Of a DNA stretch of 64,000 nucleotides, positions 38,433-48,316 are shown piece after piece. This stretch comes from Deltaproteobacteria bacterium (GTDB lineage: Bacteria > Myxococcota > UBA727 > VGSZ01). The stretch is from positions 4,581-68,580 of the forward strand of contig VGSZ01000001.1 in NCBI GenBank assembly GCA_016874845.1, read 5' to 3'. Position numbers and translations under genes: made by a program. Every line of letters starts with the position of its first letter. Position 1 is the first letter of the stretch. Under the pieces are notes generated by a model. The model saw only the letters and a program-made list of their open reading frames with translations, was not told where the DNA came from and did not search any database.

Positions 38433-38544
38433 GAGTCTGACGGAAAAATTGGCTGCGACCTCGTCGCCGTTCGTCGCCGCTCGCTCACGGACGTCGCGTA
38501 CACCCGCTTCGCTCCTCGACCGACGCCTCGTCTCGCTCGATGCT

Positions 38545-39813
38545 TTGTCAGACCCTGAGCGTCTGACGGCCGGTCGTCGTCGTCATCGCCGTCGTCGCGG
38601 GCCGGGGCTCGTCGCCGCCACGGCGCTCGGGCTGGCCGTGCTGTCGAGCGCGGCGACCTGCACGCAGGACCTGCCGCGGCGCGTGCCGCTGGTCGTGCCG
38701 GGTCACGGCGCCTTCACGCTCCCCGACCGCGCCCTCTGCGACGACGCGCAGGCCGACGCTGTCGACGTCGCCGCCGTCGACGTCGACGAAGCGCCGGCGC
38801 TGCGCGAGCTCAGCGGGCTGGCCGCCAGCTACGAGAACCCGTCGCTCCTGTGGGCCGTCGCCGACAGCGGCAACCCCGCCGTCGTCTGGGGCGTCGACGA
38901 GGACAGCGGCCGCGTCGTCGTCGCCGCCACGCTGCCGGTCGACAACGTCGACTGGGAGGACGTTGCCGTGGGGCCGTGCCCTGACCTGTCGGGCCCGTGC
39001 GTGTTCGTCGCCGACACCGGCGACAACGACGGCGACCGCGACGCCGTCGTCGTCCATGCCTTCCCCGAGCCGAAGCTCGCCGCCACGCTGCAGGCGACGA
39101 CGACGACGGGGGCGCCGGCGACGGTGAAGTCGACCACGGCGACGGCGCGGGTGAGCCTGGATGCGGTGTGGACGATGCCGCTGGCGTTCCCCGAGGGCGC
39201 CCGCGGCGTCGACGTCGAGGCGCTGGCGGTCCTGCCCGACGCCACCGCGCTCTTGCTGTTCGAGAAGACCGAGGACGACGTCGCGCGCATCTTCGCCTAC
39301 CGCGCACCGTGGACGCCGCTGTCGGCCGACGACGTCGGTGCGCCGGCGCCGCGGCTGTTGGAGCAGGTCGGCACGGTGGCGGTAGCGCCGGCGGTCGCGG
39401 TCGCCGACGGCATCGCCGCCGGCGCCATCGGCGGCACGGCCCGGGCGCGGGCGCGGCGCATCACCGGGGCGTCGTTGCACTGGTCGGGGCGGCGGCTGTT
39501 GTTGCGCACGACGGGCGGCGTGCTCGAGTACGGCGCTGACGATGCCAGCGCGTTCTTCGATCTGGCGGGCCTGCCGCCGCGCGCGTCGTGGCCGAGCCCG
39601 CCGGGCGAAGGTCAGGGCGAGGCGGTGGCCTTCGACGCCACGGGCACGGCGGTGTGGACGGCGAGCGAGGTGAAGGGCGACGACGCGCCGGTGCTGCACC
39701 GGGCGGCGTGCGCGGGGGCCGTGACGCCGCCGGCCCCGGCGGTGGCGCCGGTGACGACGACGACGTTGCCGCCGTCGTCGCCGTCGTCGGGAGCGACGCC
39801 GCCTACGCGGTAG
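38545..39813 (+). CDS. Exported beta-propeller-like protein
   Basis: ELSGLAAS, DSGN, DWEDVAVGPC, ADTGDN, DVEAL, QGEAVAF. Start uncertain. Confidence 0.7.
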   Translation: MSDPERLTAGRRRHRRRRGPGLVAATALGLAVLSSAATCTQDLPRRVPLVVPGHGAFTLPDRALCDDAQADAVDVAAVDVDEAPALRELSGLAASYENPSLLWAVADSGNPAVVWGVDEDSGRVVVAATLPVDNVDWEDVAVGPCPDLSGPCVFVADTGDNDGDRDAVVVHAFPEPKLAATLQATTTTGAPATVKSTTATARVSLDAVWTMPLAFPEGARGVDVEALAVLPDATALLLFEKTEDDVARIFAYRAPWTPLSADDVGAPAPRLLEQVGTVAVAPAVAVADGIAAGAIGGTARARARRITGASLHWSGRRLLLRTTGGVLEYGADDASAFFDLAGLPPRASWPSPPGEGQGEAVAFDATGTAVWTASEVKGDDAPVLHRAACAGAVTPPAPAVAPVTTTTLPPSSPSSGATPPTR

Positions 39814-39923
39814 CGCCGAGCACGATCGCCGCTGGCGACGGCCTCGAGGCCGCTCCGGGTCACCCGGGCGACCGCTCTTCCGTCAGGCTTTCACGCCGCT
39901 CGCACGCCGCCCGCACGCCGGGC

Positions 39924-41132
39924 TCAGGCCCAGGGGAAGGGCCCGCGGGTCAGGTCGCGGGTCATGTTTTTCTGGTGGGCCTCGATGGTGCCGCCGCCGA
40001 TCTCGAGCAGCTTGGCGTCACGCCACAGCCGCTCGACGACGTACTCGCCGACGTAGCCGTAGCCGCCGAGCACCTGCATCGCGCGGTCGGCCACGACCTT
40101 GCCCATCGTGCTCGCCACCAGCTTGACGCCGTCGCTGTCGAGGCGGTTGCCGTAGGCGTCCAGCGGCATGCGGCGGGCGGTGTCGTAGACGTAGGCGCGG
40201 CAGGCCATGTACTCGGCGTAGCTCTCGGCGATGTGGCGCTGGATCTGGCCAAACTCGTTCAGCGGCTTGCCGAACGCCTTGCGGTCGTTGGCATACGACA
40301 CCATCACCTCGATGCTGCGCCGCGCGATGCCGAGCGACATCGCTGCCAGCGTCACGCGCTCCAGCGCGAGGTTGCGCATCATGCACTTGATGGCGCCGCC
40401 TTGCTCGCCAACGAGGTTGTCCGCCGGAACGCGCGCGTCCTCGAGCACCATCTCGGCGGTGTTGCTGCCGCGCATGCCGGCCTTGTCGTGGATCTTCTGG
40501 CCGACGCCGAAGCCGGGCGTGCCGCGCTGAACGACGAAGCTCGTGATCTCGGGCCGCGCGTCGCTGCCGCCCGTGCGCGCGTAGAAGAGCATCACGTCGC
40601 AGGGCGTGCGCTCGTCGTCGACGGCGCCGTTCGTGATCCACATCTTGCGGCCGTTCACCACCCAGTGGTCGCCGTCCTTCTTGGCCGTCGTCCTCAGGCC
40701 GAGAACGTCGGTGCCCACCGCCGGCTCGCTCATGCCCATCGCGCCGATGGCCTCGCCGGTGAGCAGCTTCGGCAGCCAGCGCCGCTTCTGCTCGTCAGTG
40801 GCGTTCACCGCGAGGTTGTTCACGCACAACATCGAGTGGGCCAGATAGGCAAGGGCGAAGCCCGGGTCGCAGGCGCTCAGCTCCTCGTGCACGATCACCG
40901 CGGCGGTGGCGTCCATGCCCGCGCCGCCGTCCTTCTCGGTGACGGTGACGCCGAGGAGCCCGAGCTCGCCGACCTTCTCGAACAGCCGGCGGTTGAAGCG
41001 CTCGTGGCGGTCATGCTCCAGCGCCTGCGGCTCGACCTCATCGCGTGCAAAGGCGCGCACCTGATCGCGCAGCATCTTGTGCTCTTCGGTGGGGACCGCG
41101 AGGTCGAACGACGACAAGGAAACGCTGGTCAT
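39924..41132 (-). CDS. Acyl-CoA dehydrogenase (isovaleryl-CoA dehydrogenase-like)
   Basis: AYLAHSMLC, GMSEP..GTDV, NGRKMWITNG, GMRGSNT, RDAKLLEIGGGT. Confidence 0.92.
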   Translation of the reverse strand: MTSVSLSSFDLAVPTEEHKMLRDQVRAFARDEVEPQALEHDRHERFNRRLFEKVGELGLLGVTVTEKDGGAGMDATAAVIVHEELSACDPGFALAYLAHSMLCVNNLAVNATDEQKRRWLPKLLTGEAIGAMGMSEPAVGTDVLGLRTTAKKDGDHWVVNGRKMWITNGAVDDERTPCDVMLFYARTGGSDARPEITSFVVQRGTPGFGVGQKIHDKAGMRGSNTAEMVLEDARVPADNLVGEQGGAIKCMMRNLALERVTLAAMSLGIARRSIEVMVSYANDRKAFGKPLNEFGQIQRHIAESYAEYMACRAYVYDTARRMPLDAYGNRLDSDGVKLVASTMGKVVADRAMQVLGGYGYVGEYVVERLWRDAKLLEIGGGTIEAHQKNMTRDLTRGPFPWA

Positions 41133-41238
41133 ATCCGCGTCCTAGCAGCTTCGACCCCGCCCGAGCACGCGACGCCCTTTGTCCGGATCCTTCGGCCACC
41201 ACCCTGCCAATCCCCGACATCTTTGACATGATCGACCC

Positions 41239-42234
41239 ATGCAGCGTGACCTTCGCCCTTGGCTCGCCTATGTCGCTGTCACCAGCGTCCTCGGCGCCTG
41301 CGCCGTCGTCGCCGCCGTGCGCGGCCCGGCGGCCGTGGCCCCGTCGTCGCCCGACCGCACGACCGCCGCCCTGACCACCAGCGCGCAAGCGCGAGCCGCC
41401 GCTGACGACGACAGCATGGTCGACCGCGCCGCCGACCGCGCCGCCGACCGCGCCGCCGCCGAGGTCCTGCGCGGCCTGTGGTCGCTGCACCCCGAGGCCG
41501 ACGGCCGCGACGACGCGCCGGTGTCATTCTATTATTTTCACGAGGGTGATATCGGTCTTTACCGATATGGTCATGTCGCTTATAATTCGACGAACAGCTA
41601 TCACTGGGCGGTCCGCGGCGACGCCCTCGAGCTGCGCTGGAACAAGACCGGCGCGGTGACCCGGATCGCCTACCGCATCGACCGTTCGGGGGCCCGTCCG
41701 GTGCTCGTGCTCGATGACGACCCCAAGCACCCCGGGCAGCCGGCCACGCGCTACACTCTGGTGCCGGCCCGCGACGCTGCGGCGCGCGCCCCCGACCTGC
41801 TCGACGCCACGCGGGTGCTCTCGGTCTCGGCGAATCATTCAGCGATGGATCGCATCGATAACCGGCTGTGGATCGACCTGCAGAAGTACGCCACCGGCGG
41901 CATCGGCTTCTCGCTGTGGCAGCTGCGTGCGCAGGGCATCGATGGCCGCGGCACCGGCTGGCACCATGTGGGCGACTTCGACGACTGGTCGACGGAGCAG
42001 CTGACGTACCGGACGACCGCGTCGTCGTCGTCGGCGGCGGCGGCGGCGGGTAGCGTCGAGCTGTGGTTCGCCTGGCGCAAGGAGCGGGCGACGACGACTT
42101 GGTTGGTGCGGCGCGATGGCGACGCGCGGCTGCTGCGGCTGACCACCGATCCGCGTGACTTCGGCGTGGTGCACGACTACCTCGACGCCGGACCGTCGTT
42201 CGCCGGCTTCGGGTTGTCGGCGGACAGCGACTGA
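41239..42234 (+). CDS. Exported hypothetical protein
   Basis: N-terminal hydrophobic segment and two aromatic-rich beta domains. Confidence 0.7.
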   Translation: MQRDLRPWLAYVAVTSVLGACAVVAAVRGPAAVAPSSPDRTTAALTTSAQARAAADDDSMVDRAADRAADRAAAEVLRGLWSLHPEADGRDDAPVSFYYFHEGDIGLYRYGHVAYNSTNSYHWAVRGDALELRWNKTGAVTRIAYRIDRSGARPVLVLDDDPKHPGQPATRYTLVPARDAAARAPDLLDATRVLSVSANHSAMDRIDNRLWIDLQKYATGGIGFSLWQLRAQGIDGRGTGWHHVGDFDDWSTEQLTYRTTASSSSAAAAAGSVELWFAWRKERATTTWLVRRDGDARLLRLTTDPRDFGVVHDYLDAGPSFAGFGLSADSD

Positions 42235-42253
42235 TCTTATGCAGGAGCTGCCC

Positions 42254-43318
42254 ATGGCCCGCGCCCTCCGTTCGTTGCTTGGCGCCACCACGCTGTCGCT
42301 GGCGGCGGTGACATCGTCGTCGGCCTGCCTGCCCGAGCCGGCGCCGCCGGTCGAGGACCAGATCGGCGGCGTCGAGCCCTTGACCCTCGAGCAGGGCTGG
42401 AGCCTGCACATCCCGCCCTTCGCGGTGCCGCCCGGCGTCGAGGTGCAGGACTGCTACTTCTTCGCCTTCCCCGACCTGAACGGCGACGGCAGCGACGTCT
42501 GGATCGATCGCTTCAAGATGGGCCAGCGCACCGGCAGCCACCACATGAACGTGTTCCGCGTGAACACCATCGTGAACCTCGACGGGCGCGACGGCGACGT
42601 CGTGCAGGGCGGCGAGTGCCGCATCTCGACCAACTGGGCCGACTGGCCGCTGGTGATGAACTCGCAGGATTCGCTGCCCGACAAGCCCGCCGTCGACTGG
42701 CAGCTGCCCGACGGCGTCGCCCAGAAGTTCACCCCCGGCGAGCTGTTGATGGTGCAGTCGCACTACGTGAACGCCGACCTGCAGCGGACGCCCCATGGCG
42801 GCGAGGTGCGGATCAATTTCTACAAGTCCGCCGTCGCCGAGCCCATGGAGATGGGCTCGCTGTTCGCGACCCAGCAGTCGATCCGCATCTGCGAGAGCCG
42901 CCCGCAGGTCAGCTTCGACGGCGCCTGCGCGTTCTCATCGACGACGCCCGGCCAGACCTTCCACATCGCGGCGATGAACGGCCACTTCCACAGCCGCGGC
43001 ACGCGCTTCCGCATGTACCCGTGGGACGGCGGCATCGACCACCCCGGCGAAGACACGCGGATGTACGAGTCGACAGCGTGGGACGAGCCGCCCATGGCCA
43101 TCGGCCTGAACGTCGTGGTGCCCGAGAACGGCGGCGTCTGGTGGACCTGCGACTACCAGTGGCGCGCTCCCGTCGGCGGCTGCCGCGAGGTCGACGAGCG
43201 CGACCCCGAGCAGGCCGACGACTGCTGCTACACGTTCGGCACCAGCGCCGAGCATAGCGAGCACTGCAACGCCTTCGTTTACTACTGGCCGAAGACCGAG
43301 AACGTCTTCTGCAACTGA
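42254..43318 (+). CDS. Copper type II (PHM/DBH-like) monooxygenase-family lipoprotein
   Basis: Lipobox SSAC, then GSHHM, QSHYVN, GHFHSRG, WDEP and EHC. AGGAG RBS. Confidence 0.75.
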   Translation: MARALRSLLGATTLSLAAVTSSSACLPEPAPPVEDQIGGVEPLTLEQGWSLHIPPFAVPPGVEVQDCYFFAFPDLNGDGSDVWIDRFKMGQRTGSHHMNVFRVNTIVNLDGRDGDVVQGGECRISTNWADWPLVMNSQDSLPDKPAVDWQLPDGVAQKFTPGELLMVQSHYVNADLQRTPHGGEVRINFYKSAVAEPMEMGSLFATQQSIRICESRPQVSFDGACAFSSTTPGQTFHIAAMNGHFHSRGTRFRMYPWDGGIDHPGEDTRMYESTAWDEPPMAIGLNVVVPENGGVWWTCDYQWRAPVGGCREVDERDPEQADDCCYTFGTSAEHSEHCNAFVYYWPKTENVFCN

Positions 43319-43352
43319 CGGCCCCGCGGCCGTCGTCGTCGTCGAGGCTTCC

Positions 43353-44114
43353 GTGAAGCGCATGTCGTGGTCGTCGCCGGCTTGCCCGGTCGTGTTGCTC
43401 CTCGCGGCCGTCGTCGGCGTCGGCGGCGTCGCCTGCGAGCCCGAACCGCCCGAGCCCGCCGAGGGCGAAGGCGAGGGCGAGCCCTGCTTCTTCGGCGACC
43501 CCGCGCTGCCCCCCGAGGGCGAGCTCGTCTGGCGCACCCTCGACGGGCGCATGGAGCCGTTTGTCGAAGGACAAACGCTCCCCCTGATCCTGCCCCCCCA
43601 GGGCGGCAAGGTCGTCATGATCGGCGCCCGCGTGCGCCACATGGGCTGCACCATCGCCCTGCGCGCCGGCGCCTTCGACGACTGCAAGGGCGTGTTCCTC
43701 GGCATCGACGGCCGCCCGCTGCAGCTGGAATGGAACGAGGCCTCGGGCTGGGCCGAGCCCGCCTTCCCCGAGACGCTGAACAACTACGGCAACGTCGCCA
43801 TGTGCTTCAACAACAACAGCGGGCGCGACACCAACGACGAAGAGTACCGCTTCGAGGTCCGCGTCACCGACATCGACGACGACCGCCGCGCGCTGGTGCT
43901 GACGGGCCGCGCCACCCCCGTGTGCGCCGAGCCCGACTTCGCCGACGACTGCGACTGCGAGTGCGACGTGCAGTTCTCCTTCGACCGCTCCTGCGACGAG
44001 ACCCGCGTCGACCCCGACGTCCCCACGGGCACCTGCCTTGAGGGCGACGCCGCCGAGGGCGAGGGCGAGGGCGAGGGCGAAGGCGAGGGCGAAGGCGAAG
44101 GCGAAGGCGGGTGA
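43353..44114 (+). CDS. Putative lipoprotein with (Gly-Glu)n tracts
   Basis: GVAC lipobox, PPQGG motif, short GE tract at the N-terminus and long GE tract at the C-terminus. Confidence 0.75.
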   Translation: MKRMSWSSPACPVVLLLAAVVGVGGVACEPEPPEPAEGEGEGEPCFFGDPALPPEGELVWRTLDGRMEPFVEGQTLPLILPPQGGKVVMIGARVRHMGCTIALRAGAFDDCKGVFLGIDGRPLQLEWNEASGWAEPAFPETLNNYGNVAMCFNNNSGRDTNDEEYRFEVRVTDIDDDRRALVLTGRATPVCAEPDFADDCDCECDVQFSFDRSCDETRVDPDVPTGTCLEGDAAEGEGEGEGEGEGEGEGEGG

Positions 44115-44187
44115 CCCGTCCTGCCGACGATGGCGAAGGCGGCTGACCCGCCTGACGACGACGACGAAGGCGGCCTATGCTGCTGCC

Positions 44188-44943
44188 ATGGCGCGCCGCC
44201 CCGTCGTCCTTGTCACCCCCGACCTCGACGTCCGCACCAACCACCGCGGGCCCGTCGGCTACCTGCAGGTGCAGCGCTACTACACCGACCGCATCCTCGA
44301 CGAGGGCGGCCTGCCGCTGCTCGCCCCGCCGGTGCAGCACCTGCCCGACGCCCACGCCGTCGCCCGGCAGCTCGTCGACCGCGCCGACGCCCTCGTGATC
44401 TCCGGCGGCGGCCACGACGTCGACCCCGCGCACTACGGCGAGGCGCGCCTGCCCGCCTGCGGCGACGCCATGCCCGAGCGCACCGACTTCGAGCTGCTGC
44501 TGCTGTCCCTCGCCGAGCAGCGCGGCCTGCCCGTGCTCGGCGTCTGCGGCGGCCTGCAGGTGCTGAACGTCGCCCGCGGCGGCACGCTGTACCAGGACCT
44601 GCCCACGCAGCGGCCCGGCCCCGTCGCCCACACGATGATGGGACCAAAGACCCGCACCTGCCACGACGTCATCGTCGTCGACGACACGCGCCTGTCGTCC
44701 ATCGTCGGCGCCGGCCGCGTGGCCGTGAACTCGACCCACCACCAGGCCGTCAAGGCGCTTGGCCGCGGGCTCGTCGCCAGCGCCCACGCCGACGACGGCA
44801 TCGTCGAGGCCATCGAGGACCCGCAGCACCCCTTCTTCGTCGGCGTGCAGTGGCACCCCGAGGCCGTCGACGAGGCGGCCCATCGGTCGATCTACCGAGC
44901 ACTTTGTAAGGCCGCCGCCACACGCATCGGGGATACTCCCTGA
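44188..44943 (+). CDS. Gamma-glutamyl-gamma-aminobutyrate hydrolase family (peptidase C26)
   Basis: SGGGHDVDP..YG, LGVCGGLQ.LNVA.GGTL.QD, VNSTHHQAV, GVQWHPE. Confidence 0.92.
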   Translation: MARRPVVLVTPDLDVRTNHRGPVGYLQVQRYYTDRILDEGGLPLLAPPVQHLPDAHAVARQLVDRADALVISGGGHDVDPAHYGEARLPACGDAMPERTDFELLLLSLAEQRGLPVLGVCGGLQVLNVARGGTLYQDLPTQRPGPVAHTMMGPKTRTCHDVIVVDDTRLSSIVGAGRVAVNSTHHQAVKALGRGLVASAHADDGIVEAIEDPQHPFFVGVQWHPEAVDEAAHRSIYRALCKAAATRIGDTP

Positions 44944-44944
44944 T

Positions 44945-47900
44945 ATGAAGACCCCGATCGTCGACGTCGCCCGCTCCTCGATCCCCTTCATGGTCGGCGC
45001 CGCCGCCGCGCCCAGTCCGCGGCCCGCACCGAGGCCCGCGCGGCCGATGATCGTTGTCCTCCTCATCGTCCTCCTCGTCCTGACGGCGGCGGCGTGTGGT
45101 CCCGCCGCGGTGGGTCCGCAGGGCCCGCAGGCCTGCTCCAGCGTGCAGCCCTGCGCCGCGGGTCGGGTCTGCGCCGATGGCTCTTGCGTAGCGCCGTGCA
45201 CGGAGGGCTCGTGCGCCACCGGTCAGTGCAACCCGGCCACCGGCGTCTGCGTCGACTGCCTGCAGAACGTCGACTGCGGCGACGGCCGCGTCTGCAACAC
45301 CTTCACCGGCCTGTGCAACACGCCCGCCGTCGACTGCGCCGACGACGGCGACTGCGACGGCGGCGCCCACTGCGACACGGCCAAGGGCGCCTGCGTCGCC
45401 TGTGTGGTCGACGAGCACTGCGGCCTCGGCGCGGTGTGCGATCCGCTGGCCCACGCCTGCGTCGTCGCGCAAGGCTGCGGCAGCGACGATGACTGTGACG
45501 GCCAGGTCTGCGACCCTGAGACGCGCACCTGCGTCGAGTGCTTCCACCCCGCGCACTGCGCGTCGGGGCAGTGCGACACCGTCGCGCGGCTGTGCGTCGC
45601 CGCCTGCGTCGACGACGACGCCACCGAGCCCAACACCGGCGCCGAGGCCGTGGCGCTGTCGTCGGGCGACGAGCACACCGGCCACATCTGCCCCGGCGAC
45701 GTCGACGAATTCGCCTTTGACGCCGAGGGCGACGTCGAGGTCGCCCTCGTCGCCGACGGCGGCGCGCTGTCGCTGGCGCTGTCGTCGGCCGCGGGCTTGA
45801 TCCTCGACACCGGCGCCGCCGGCGTGGGCGCCACGGGCCTCGCCGCCGGCCGCTACGTCGTCGTCGTGCGCGGCGCCGACGAGGGCGTCACCGCCGACTA
45901 CGCGCTGCGGCTCACGGTGACGCCGCCGCGGGTGTGCGCGCAGCTCGACGCCGAGCCCAACGACGCGACGGCGCAGGCCGCGCCGTTGCCGGTGGACGGG
46001 TCGGTGCGCGCCGGCCAGATCTGCGCGGGCGACGTCGACCACTGGCGGCTGGTGGCTGCCGCCGGCGACGATGTCACGGTGACGCTGGGGGCCGGCGACG
46101 GCGACGGCGCGCTGGCGCTGTCGATCCTGTCGGCCACCGGCGCCGTGCTCGCCCGCGGTGACGCCGCCGCGCCGGTGACGGCCAACGACACCGCCGGCGG
46201 CGCGCTGTTCGTGCGCGTCGAGGCCGCGGGCGGCGAGGCCGGCTACACGCTGCGGGCCACCACGAGCGCGGCGCCGCCGGTGTGCGTGCAGACCGACGCC
46301 GAGCCCAACGACACGCCCGCGCAGGCGCAGGCGCTGTCGACCACGACGGCGGCGCTCGGCCAGGTCTGCGCCGGCGACGTCGACCACTGGCGCTTCGCCG
46401 CCAACCCGCGCGACGACGTCGTCGTGACGTTGTCGGGCAGCGGCCTGCGGCTGCGCGTGCAAGACGCCAGCGGCGCGACGGTGGCCACGGGCACGGGCGC
46501 GGTGTCGTTGCCCGACGTCGCCGCCGGCACCTATGTCGTCGAGGTCAGCGGGCAGCAGCCGGCCACCGAGGCGGGCTACGCGCTGTCGCTCGCCGTCACG
46601 CCCGAGCCCGAGCCCGACCCGTGCGCCGAGGGCGGGCTCGAGCCCGACAGCGCCGCCAGCCCGCGGCCGCTGTCCACCGACAACGTCGCGCAGAGCGGCC
46701 GCATCTGCACGAGCGCCGCGACCGGCGGCGCGACCGACGTCGACTTCTTCGGCTTCACCGTGGTCGGCGCCACGCGCGAGGTGGCCGTCAGCGTGCGCTT
46801 CGTCGACGCCGACGGCGACCTCGACGTGCGCCTGAAGGACGCCGCCGGCGCGCTGGTCAAGACGTCGGCGGGCGTCACCGACGAGGAGCTGATCCTGCAA
46901 GACCTCGCCCCCGGCAGCTACATCGTCGAGGTCTACGGCTTCTCCGGCGCGCAGAACGCCTACACGGTCGCGGCAGCGATCGTGGCCTGCGCCGACGACG
47001 ACCTCGAAGAGAACGACCGCGCCGGCACGGCGACGCCGGTGGACGGCCGCGCCATCGCCGCCGTGCGCTGCCCCGGCGACGACGACTTCTACGCGGTGCG
47101 GCTCGAGGCCGGCGACGCTCTCGACGCGCGTCTGTCGGGCACGGGGCTGACGGTGTCGCTGCTGTCGCCGATGGGGGCGCTGCTGCAGGCCGACGTCGCC
47201 GACGGAGCCGGGCGCCGCGTGCAGGCCAGCGGTCTGGCCCCCGGGCGCTACGTGCTGCGCGTGACCGGCGCCGGCACCGCGCAGGCGGCCTACACGCTGT
47301 CGCCGACGGTGACGGCGACGCCGGCCCGCTGCGTCGACGACGGCGCCGAGCCCAACAACGGCACCGGCGACGCCTTCGTGCTCGACGCCAGCGGCCTGGC
47401 CGACGGCAGCTACGCGCTGTCGACGCTGACGATGTGCGAGGGCGCGCTCGCCACCGACACGTTCCTGCTCGACGTGCCCGCTGCCCGCTCGGTGCGCGTC
47501 GCCCTCGCCCACGCGACGACGTCGGATCTCGACCTGAGCGTGCAGGAGCAGCGCGGGACGAGCGGCCTGTTCCGGACCCTCGGCACCGGTCTGGCCTTCA
47601 CCGGCGCCCTCGACGAGGTCGGCGGCGTGATGAACGCCGGCGGACGGCTGCTCGTGCGGGTCACCGAGTTCGGCACGCAGCCCGTCGCGGGCCTGCCCTA
47701 CACGCTCGGGCTCGAGGTGGGCGACCCGCCCAACCAGGCCTGCGTCGACGACCGCTTCGACACCTTCACCGGCACGGTCAGCGACGCCGACGGCACGAAC
47801 CGCCGCACGGCGCGCTTCAGCAACGACGACGACACCGACGGCGACGCCGACCCGCTGACCAACGTGGCGCCGGTGCCGTTGTCGGCGCCCGAGACGCTGA

Positions 47901-48217
47901 CGGCGCTGCGCATCTGCCCCGACAACGCCGACTTCTTCAGCCTCAGCCTGACGCAGGGCCAGCGGGTCGTCGTCGACGTCGACTACGTCCACGCCAGCGG
48001 CCGCGACGTCGACCTGCGCGTCTATGGCCCCGACGGCAGCGTGACCCCCGACGACGCCGACGCGCTGCCCGACCGGCTGTCGTGCAGCTCGTGCGCCGGC
48101 GTCGACGGCAACGAGCGCTTCGAGACGACGGCGCCCACCGCCGGCACCTACTTCGTCGAGGTGTACGGCTTCTCGTCCGGCGAGAACTCCTACGACCTGC
48201 GCGTGACGACGCCCTGA
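44945..48217 (+). CDS. Large Cys-rich exported/lipoprotein with multiple PPC-like domains
   Basis: TAAAC lipobox-like, CV.C..D.DC repeats, repeated EPND...IC.GDVD units and DLDVRL...GSYIVEVYG. Confidence 0.8.
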   Translation: MKTPIVDVARSSIPFMVGAAAAPSPRPAPRPARPMIVVLLIVLLVLTAAACGPAAVGPQGPQACSSVQPCAAGRVCADGSCVAPCTEGSCATGQCNPATGVCVDCLQNVDCGDGRVCNTFTGLCNTPAVDCADDGDCDGGAHCDTAKGACVACVVDEHCGLGAVCDPLAHACVVAQGCGSDDDCDGQVCDPETRTCVECFHPAHCASGQCDTVARLCVAACVDDDATEPNTGAEAVALSSGDEHTGHICPGDVDEFAFDAEGDVEVALVADGGALSLALSSAAGLILDTGAAGVGATGLAAGRYVVVVRGADEGVTADYALRLTVTPPRVCAQLDAEPNDATAQAAPLPVDGSVRAGQICAGDVDHWRLVAAAGDDVTVTLGAGDGDGALALSILSATGAVLARGDAAAPVTANDTAGGALFVRVEAAGGEAGYTLRATTSAAPPVCVQTDAEPNDTPAQAQALSTTTAALGQVCAGDVDHWRFAANPRDDVVVTLSGSGLRLRVQDASGATVATGTGAVSLPDVAAGTYVVEVSGQQPATEAGYALSLAVTPEPEPDPCAEGGLEPDSAASPRPLSTDNVAQSGRICTSAATGGATDVDFFGFTVVGATREVAVSVRFVDADGDLDVRLKDAAGALVKTSAGVTDEELILQDLAPGSYIVEVYGFSGAQNAYTVAAAIVACADDDLEENDRAGTATPVDGRAIAAVRCPGDDDFYAVRLEAGDALDARLSGTGLTVSLLSPMGALLQADVADGAGRRVQASGLAPGRYVLRVTGAGTAQAAYTLSPTVTATPARCVDDGAEPNNGTGDAFVLDASGLADGSYALSTLTMCEGALATDTFLLDVPAARSVRVALAHATTSDLDLSVQEQRGTSGLFRTLGTGLAFTGALDEVGGVMNAGGRLLVRVTEFGTQPVAGLPYTLGLEVGDPPNQACVDDRFDTFTGTVSDADGTNRRTARFSNDDDTDGDADPLTNVAPVPLSAPETLTALRICPDNADFFSLSLTQGQRVVVDVDYVHASGRDVDLRVYGPDGSVTPDDADALPDRLSCSSCAGVDGNERFETTAPTAGTYFVEVYGFSSGENSYDLRVTTP

Positions 48218-48316
48218 ACGAAGGCTGCGGGGCGAAGACGCCGACGGGCCGGCGCGCGATCACCGTGGTGATCCGCGTCGGCCCGTCGTGCTCTCGTGCA
48301 TGTCCGCGTCGGCGGC

